Assembly (NCBI GenBank): GCA_963666985.2 | Contig: CAXXIA010000003.1 | Span: forward strand, 1 to 64,000 | Reading direction: 5' to 3' | Origin: Spirochaetia bacterium | GTDB taxonomy: Bacteria > Spirochaetota > Spirochaetia > DSM-2461 | Length of the DNA stretch: 64,000 nucleotides | Shown: positions 58,177-64,000 of the stretch, piece by piece | Layout of the letters: each line of letters starts with the position of its first letter | Numbering within the stretch: position 1 is the first letter of the stretch | Translations under genes and position numbers: made by a program | Notes under the pieces: generated by a model | The model's input: the letters and a program-made list of their open reading frames with translations, nothing else | Told to the model about the DNA's origin: nothing | Database searches by the model: none

Positions 58177-59452
58177 ATGAAAAAAATGTTAACGGTGTTC
58201 CTCGCCCTTCTTATGATCACTCCGATGACTTTATTCGCCGGAGGCCTCGAAAGAGGCTGCTCCCGAATCCGGAGTGGTAACCCTGAAATTAGCCGTCTGG
58301 GATGAGGCAACCACTGTTTACCCGAAGCCCATGGTCGATGCCTTTTATGGCGCAGAATTCAGACATTAAAGTTGAATTCGTCGATACGGCGGCCAATGAT
58401 TATCCGGATCGGTGGGCGGTTCTGCTGGCCGGCGGCGATACAACCGATCTGATCAGCATCAAGGACATGCCGGGATACGCCGGAATGGCCACCCGCAACC
58501 AGATTCTCAACCTGACGCCCTACATCAAGCAGGATAATTACGATTTGGGTCAGTACAGCGGGCTGACCAATGAATTCACCGTAGACGGCAATCTCTACTG
58601 CCTTCCCTTCCGAAGCGACATCTGGATTCTTTATTACAACAAGGAATCTGTTCGATGCGGCCGGAGTTCCTTACCTCCGCCAACGATATGACTTGGCAGC
58701 AGTATTTTGATCTGGCCAAGAAAATGACCAGCGGAAGCGGAGCCTCCAAAGTCTACGGCGCCCACCACCATACCTGGAGATCAACAACTCAATTGGCAAC
58801 CGTACAGGACGGGAAACATACCGTCATCGCCGATGATTATTCCTTCATGAAGTGGATGTATGAATTGATGATTAAAGCCCAAAACGAAGGCACCATCATG
58901 GATTGGGCTTCACAGAAGGCCGGGAATCTCCACTACCGATCATTATTCTATAACCAACAGTTCGCGATGATGCCCATGGGTACCTGGCAGATCGCCACCC
59001 AGATGTCGGCCAAGGAAAAAGGCGAGGCTCCTTTCGAATGGGGCATCGCAAAGTTCCCTCATCCCCCGGGAGTTAAAGCCGGAACAACCGCGGGTAACTT
59101 TACCGGCGTCGCCATCAACTCCAAGAGCGCGAATCCGGATGAGGCCTGGGAATTCCTGAAGTTCTACTGCGGCCCCGAAGGCGCCGATATCCTGGTAGGA
59201 CTGGGACAAATGCCCGCCGGACGCACACCGGAAGTTCTGGCTAAAATCGCCGCTAAAGAGGGCTTTCCCGAAGGCGGTGCCGAAGCGCTTCAGACCGTTA
59301 CCGTTCGTCTTGAGGCTCCCTATCATCCTCAGCTCTCCGCTATCGAGCAAATCCTGAACGAAGAACACGAACTGATTCTCACAGGCGGTAAGAGCATCAA
59401 TGCCGGTTTGGCCGATACGGGCAAACGGGTTAGAGCCTTACTCGGCAAATAA
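58177..59452 (+). pseudogene. CUT1 sugar ABC substrate-binding protein, broken by four frameshifts (probably sequencing errors)
   Basis: SD AAGGAGG then MKKMLTVFLALLMITPMTLFAGG. Removing one base near 58246, 58343, 58645 and 58675 gives one continuous SBP (VTLKLAVWD..DIKVEF..LYYNKDLFDAAGV..MTW..AWEFLKF). Confidence 0.8.
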
Positions 59453-59483
59453 CGGTTGAACAGAAAAAAGAATTAACCTTTAC

Positions 59484-59624
59484 AATGCGGGATGAAGCAA
59501 TTGAGACGATTTCAAAAATCAGCGATTTTTGAAATGAAGCCCTTCTAAAACGGATTTAGAGAGGTTTCGGTCATCGATTACAAGCAATTTCATGAATTAT
59601 GAAATTGCCTTATTCATCCCGCAT
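59484..59624 (+). repeat. Structured intergenic repeat, copy C, enclosed by a 13-bp inverted repeat
   Basis: AATGCGGGATGAA...TTCATCCCGCATT enclosing three hairpins shared with copies A and B. Confidence 0.8.
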
Positions 59625-59646
59625 TTCCTCATTAGGACGACATAAG

Positions 59647-60540
59647 ATGACCAAAGAACAAAAAAGGCTCCTGAAAAACAACGCCGTCGCCTATTCGTTT
59701 ATTCTCCCGAATTTCCTCGGCTTTGCGATTTTCACCTTGCTGCCGATGCTTGCCGCGATTATGCTGGTTTTCGCCAAATGGGATGGAGCGAGTCCGATAC
59801 GGTGGGTGGGACTTGCCAACTTCAAGGAAATGTTCACAGCCGATTTCTACTTTTGGAAATCCTTTTCAAATACGATTTGGTATTCTTTGGCGACCGTTCC
59901 CGCCACCATCATTTGTTCGCTAATCTTGGCCATCGTCCTTAATCGCCGAATCGCGGGACGGACCATTTTTCGAACCATTTACTTTTTTCCCTATGTCGCT
60001 TCTTTAGTGGCCGTAGCGGCTGTGTGGAACTTGATTTTCCACCCTACCATGGGGCCGGTGAACGAAATGCTGATGAAATGGGGAATTGAAAATCCGCCGC
60101 GCTGGACAGCCGACACATCCTGGGCGCTGCCGACGGTCATCATGGCCTCGGTCTGGCGCTATATGGGTTATTACATGATTATCTACCTTGCCGCTCTTCA
60201 GGGGATTCCCACATACCTCTATGAGGCCGCGGCCATCGACGGCGCATCAAAACGGCAGCAGTTCCGCAATATCACTCTTCCGATGCTCACTCCGACAACC
60301 TTTTTCGTCAGCATCATGCTGACCATCAACTGCTTCAAGGTCTTCGACCTGATTCTGTTGATGACCAACGGCGGTCCGGGTTACGCGACGAACGTGCTGG
60401 TTTTCAACGTTTACACGTACGCCTTCAAGCACTTCCGATTCGGATATTCCAGCACCTATGCCATGATCCTCTTTCTTATCGTACTGGCCGTAACTCTTAT
60501 TCAGTTCCGCGCCGAAAAGAAATGGGTCGCATACTTCTAG
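59647..60540 (+). CDS. Carbohydrate ABC transporter permease (MalF/UgpA type)
   Basis: WVGLANF, FRTIYFFPY, LYEAAAIDGAS..QFRNITLPML EAA loop. Confidence 0.93.
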   Translation: MTKEQKRLLKNNAVAYSFILPNFLGFAIFTLLPMLAAIMLVFAKWDGASPIRWVGLANFKEMFTADFYFWKSFSNTIWYSLATVPATIICSLILAIVLNRRIAGRTIFRTIYFFPYVASLVAVAAVWNLIFHPTMGPVNEMLMKWGIENPPRWTADTSWALPTVIMASVWRYMGYYMIIYLAALQGIPTYLYEAAAIDGASKRQQFRNITLPMLTPTTFFVSIMLTINCFKVFDLILLMTNGGPGYATNVLVFNVYTYAFKHFRFGYSSTYAMILFLIVLAVTLIQFRAEKKWVAYF

Positions 60541-60550
60541 GGAGGATGAA

Positions 60551-61396
60551 ATGGCACATATGACTTCTTTAAGAACAAAATCCATCATCTCGAATACAGC
60601 CGTCTATATTGTGATGATCTTCCTGGCCGTTACGATGCTGGTTCCCTTCTTCTGGATGCTCTCCGCGTCTCTGAAACGCGATATCGACGTCTTCATCTTT
60701 CCCATCGTCTGGATTCCGAAACCGCCTGTTTGGCATAACTACATCAGCATTTGGACGCGCATCCCGTTTGTAAGATTCTTTCTCAATACCATAAAACTGA
60801 CCGTTATCATCACGATTCTGCAGATCTTCACCTCCAGTTTCGCCGCATACGCTTTTGCCAAACTGCAGTTCAAAGGACGCAATTTTCTTTTTCTCAGCTA
60901 TGTAGCGACAATCGCGCTGCCCTGGCAGGTCTATATGATTCCTCAGTTCATCATGATGCGGCATCTCAGTCTTGCCGATACGCATATGGCGCTGATTATC
61001 ATTCAAACCTTCACCGCTTTCGGCGTGTTCCTTATGCGGCAATTCTACATGAACGTACCCAACGAGCTCTGCGACGCGGCGCGCATCGACGGTTTGAGTG
61101 AATACGGGATTTACGGACGCATCATGCTGCCGCTCTCAAAACCGGCATTAGCCACGCTGACGATCTTCTCATTCGTCTTCGTGTGGAACGACTTCATGGG
61201 TCCGCTGATTTATCTCAGCAGCGACAAGAAAAAAACGATACAGCTTGGACTGCGCCTGTTCATCCAGCAATACGGCGCCGATTATGCGCACATTATGGCG
61301 GCTTCACTGGTAGCGATGATTCCCGTCATTATCCTTTTTATTGCTTTCCAGCGCTTCTATGTCCAAGGCATCGCCACCAGCGGACTTAAAGGCTGA
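60551..61396 (+). CDS. Carbohydrate ABC transporter permease (MalG/UgpE type)
   Basis: PFFWMLSASLK, AAYAFAKLQF, ELCDAARIDG, WNDFMGPL, GIATSGLKG. Confidence 0.93.
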   Translation: MAHMTSLRTKSIISNTAVYIVMIFLAVTMLVPFFWMLSASLKRDIDVFIFPIVWIPKPPVWHNYISIWTRIPFVRFFLNTIKLTVIITILQIFTSSFAAYAFAKLQFKGRNFLFLSYVATIALPWQVYMIPQFIMMRHLSLADTHMALIIIQTFTAFGVFLMRQFYMNVPNELCDAARIDGLSEYGIYGRIMLPLSKPALATLTIFSFVFVWNDFMGPLIYLSSDKKKTIQLGLRLFIQQYGADYAHIMAASLVAMIPVIILFIAFQRFYVQGIATSGLKG

Positions 61397-61411
61397 ATCC
61401 GGAGAAGAGAA

Positions 61412-63399
61412 GTGCACTATGACGCACTGAGAAAAAATCCGCTCGCATCGTTTTCCGATGCTGCCCGGGCGGCGGAGGACTGCATCCGTCCCTACCTGCC
61501 CTTCGTAGCCGCCGGAAAGGTTCCCGGAATGGGCGGCAGCAGCTTCAAAGAATCCACGATTCGCCTGGAAATGACCTCGCGGCTCCTCTGGGCCGCCGTA
61601 CCCCTGGCCGCCGGGACACGATCCTCCGTACCTCTGGCCGCCGGGACACGATTCGCCGTACCTTTCACTGCCGCCGACAAAGCAGGCTCGAATCCGGCCG
61701 CTATGAAACCTGCCGCCGAACCTTCAGCTTCCGCGAATTTCATCGCAGGAAGCCAAAGAAGCCGCGAATCGGGCATCGAAATCCTCGCCCGTTCCGTGGC
61801 CGAAGGAACCAATCCCGAGAGCATCCGGTACTGGGGTATCCCCGAAAATCACGACCAGATTCTGGTGGAAATGCCCGCCATAGCCCTGGCCATTGTTCTG
61901 ACTCCGACAACCTTTCGGGATGCCCTCTCTCCGGAGGAACTGAAGCGTTACACTGGACTGGCTCACCTGGATAAACCGCCGAGAGGTTCCGATATGCAAC
62001 TGGCTTTTCTTCGGTCTTCTGGTGAATGCCGTTCTGGCCGAATTCCGTCCGGAGGCCGTCGACGGGAAACGAATGCTATCGGCTTTGTCCGATATCGAAT
62101 CTTTCTACCTGAGCGGCGGATGGTTTAACGACGGGAATCAGAACGAACGGCGGAGCCGGGACTACTACATTCCCTGGGCCTATTATTTCTTCGGACTTCT
62201 TTTTACAACTCTTGCTCCGGATATCGACCCTTCTTTCACTTCTTTCGCCGCAAATCTTACCGAACGGGCTCGACTTTTCGCACCTCAGTACAGAGACTGG
62301 TTTGCATCCGACGGTTCTGGCCTGCCCTTCGGCCGAAGTCTGACGTACCGCTACGCACAAGCGGCATTTTGGGGAGCCCTGGCCTACGCCGATATCGAAG
62401 CTCTGCCGTGGACCGAAATGCGCGGGCTCTGGGCCTCGCAACATGCGCTGGTGGTTCGATAAGCCTTTCTTCAGTGAAACTGGTCTTCAAAAAGTAGGCT
62501 ATGCCTACCCAAATCAGTACATGGCCGAACGCTACAACTCCCCCTCATCGCCGCTGTGGGCCCTCCAGGCTTTTCTCCCTCTGGCTCTCGGCCCGGAACA
62601 TCCCTTCTGGAGGGCATCCGAAGAACCCTATTCCGGGAATACCTCGGACCGAGTTCAAACCGAAACGGGATTCATCCTGACCAATCTCGGCCGAGACCAC
62701 AGAGTGGCCGTCTCCGCCGGACAATGGACTCCCGGAGAGGCCAACGAACATGGCCACATGGCCGAAAAATATGAAAAGTTCGCCTACTCAACAGCCTTTG
62801 CCTTCAATGTGGCGGTTGACGAAACGGGTTTCGATAAAATTGCCCCTGACAATGCCCTGCTCCTCTCCAAGGACGGAAAAACCTTCCGACGAAAGAAGGA
62901 AAGCCGGAACCATGAGGTCGGTTCCCGATGGTGCCGATCGGAGTGGCATCCTTTCGAGGAGGTAAGTGTGGAAAGCCGGCAAGTTCTTTCAGGTTCCTGG
63001 ATTCTGAGGATCCATCTTATCGAAACGGCCGTGCCTCTTTTTACTCTGGAAGGCGGCTTTCCTCTGCCCTATGATGACCGGGATTTTCATCCTTCCGCAG
63101 CCGCGGAAGAAGATGACGGACATGCCTGCCTCGCTCTCACCGCTTTCGGCGCTTCCGGAGTACGGGATGCGGGCGGTGTACGGCAGGGGATTCTGGTGGA
63201 TGCTTTTCCCAATTCCAACATTCTCCATCCCCACGTCGTTATTCCCGCTTTGCACGGCACAATTCCCTCGGGGAACAGTACATTGATGACTCTGGTAACG
63301 GCTCATCCCGACCGGGACGAAGGGCTGGATGCATGGAATCATCCGCCGGACCTTCCCTCACTTCTGGCGTTTTTGCTCGAAAAAAGAGGCCGCGGATGA
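61412..63399 (+). pseudogene. DUF2264-family protein, broken by three frameshifts (probably sequencing errors)
   Basis: LEMTSRLLW, GTNP..YWG..DQILVEM, then FYLSGGWFNDG..DYY, PFGRSLTYRYAQAAFW, then GYAYPN..ERYNSPSSPLWA..KYEKFAYST. Frame changes near 61950, 62005 and 62437. Confidence 0.78.
61596..61673 (+). repeat. 30-bp in-frame tandem repeat (about 2.5 copies) in the DUF2264 gene
   Basis: CCGTACC(C/T)CTGGCCGCCGGGACACGAT units encoding VPLAAGTRSS/VPLAAGTRFA/VPFTAA. Confidence 0.85.
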
Positions 63400-63436
63400 T
63401 GAATCATAAAATCAAAGAAAACTTGCGAGGAATCCC

Positions 63437-64000
63437 ATGAGGCAAGAAGGAAACTTCACAGAATCCATCCACAATGAAGATTATATGCGTCCCTACGACA
63501 CCCGGAACCTGGATAACCGGGGATTTGTCTTCACCGGAGGCCGAAAGACCGAAAGCCTCAATGGAGAATGGCACTTTGTTCCGGATCTCTACGACGTCGG
63601 CTTTCGTGATTCCTGGCATCGGAAGAGAACGCTCAAGGATGACGGTTTTCCCGCGGAACCCTGGGACTACCATCCCGAAGAAGGCCGCCCGGTCACGGTT
63701 CCCGGATGCTGGAATGTTATTGATCCCGTCTTTTTTCACTTCGAGGGCACAGGCTGGTATTCCCGCCGTTTTTCTTGCCCCAAGCAATCCGAAGGGGAAC
63801 GGATATTCCTGCGTATCGGCGCGGCCAACTACGATACCAAGGTGTATCTGAACGGAGGTTTCCTGGGCAGCCATGTCGGAGGCTCCACACCCTTTTTCGC
63901 GGAACTCACCGGCCTGAGGGATGAAGAAAATGAACTTCTTATAGCCGTGAACAATGTACGAACCGGCGACCGAGTGCCGATGCGAAACACGGACTGGTTC
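63437..64000 (+). CDS. Glycoside hydrolase family 2 (beta-glucuronidase/galactosidase-like), N-terminal part, runs off window
   Basis: Manual translation is open to the window end: SLNGEWHF..VTVPGCWN..EGTGWYSRRF..IFLRIGAANY..VYLNG..HVGGSTPF..NELLIAVNN..DWF. Confidence 0.88.
   Translation, partial: MRQEGNFTESIHNEDYMRPYDTRNLDNRGFVFTGGRKTESLNGEWHFVPDLYDVGFRDSWHRKRTLKDDGFPAEPWDYHPEEGRPVTVPGCWNVIDPVFFHFEGTGWYSRRFSCPKQSEGERIFLRIGAANYDTKVYLNGGFLGSHVGGSTPFFAELTGLRDEENELLIAVNNVRTGDRVPMRNTDWF

Noticed and set aside
58177..58700. Programmed frameshifting or phase variation in the SBP gene
   Set aside because: Four separate shifts would be needed, and there are no long slippery tracts; sequencing error is more likely.

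Overview
A 64-kb chromosomal window from a free-living, probably anaerobic bacterium, most likely class Spirochaetia (inferred from the BMP/TmpC-type lipoprotein, FAGG-type signal peptides and Cache MCPs). No prophage, integrase, transposase or CRISPR array is visible. In order: YfcC transporter, M20 peptidase, ankyrin protein, galM, a phoB/phoR-like pair with a Pho-box-like array and a 60-bp tandem repeat, two Cache MCPs, and tRNA-Leu(GAG) with a 180-bp tRNA-linked repeat. Next come a translationally coupled cNMP-GGDEF(degenerate)/cNMP-GGDEF/DHH operon, SWIM and HU-fusion proteins, and a PadR redox module. A 14-kb sugar catabolic operon follows (2 DeoC, VOC, 2 FGGY kinases, ABC transporter, orphan LpdA, C-GCAxxG-C-C protein, 2 SDRs, GntR, divergent DUF89 phosphatase). 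Then a nucleoside salvage region (5'-nucleotidase, deoD, amidohydrolases, 2 nucleoside hydrolases, BMP ABC transporter, ADP-ribosylglycohydrolase) interrupted by an HD-GYP gene, and a YesMN/CUT1 ABC/DUF2264/GH2 locus with probable sequencing frameshifts. The best candidate for a new system is the GGDEF pair: the two proteins have lost complementary catalytic residues, suggesting a one-active-site heterodimer that makes a linear dinucleotide which the coupled DHH enzyme removes. Other leads are the DeoC/LpdA/Cys-protein sugar operon and a three-copy structured intergenic element. All family calls are from motif recognition by eye; no searches were run.
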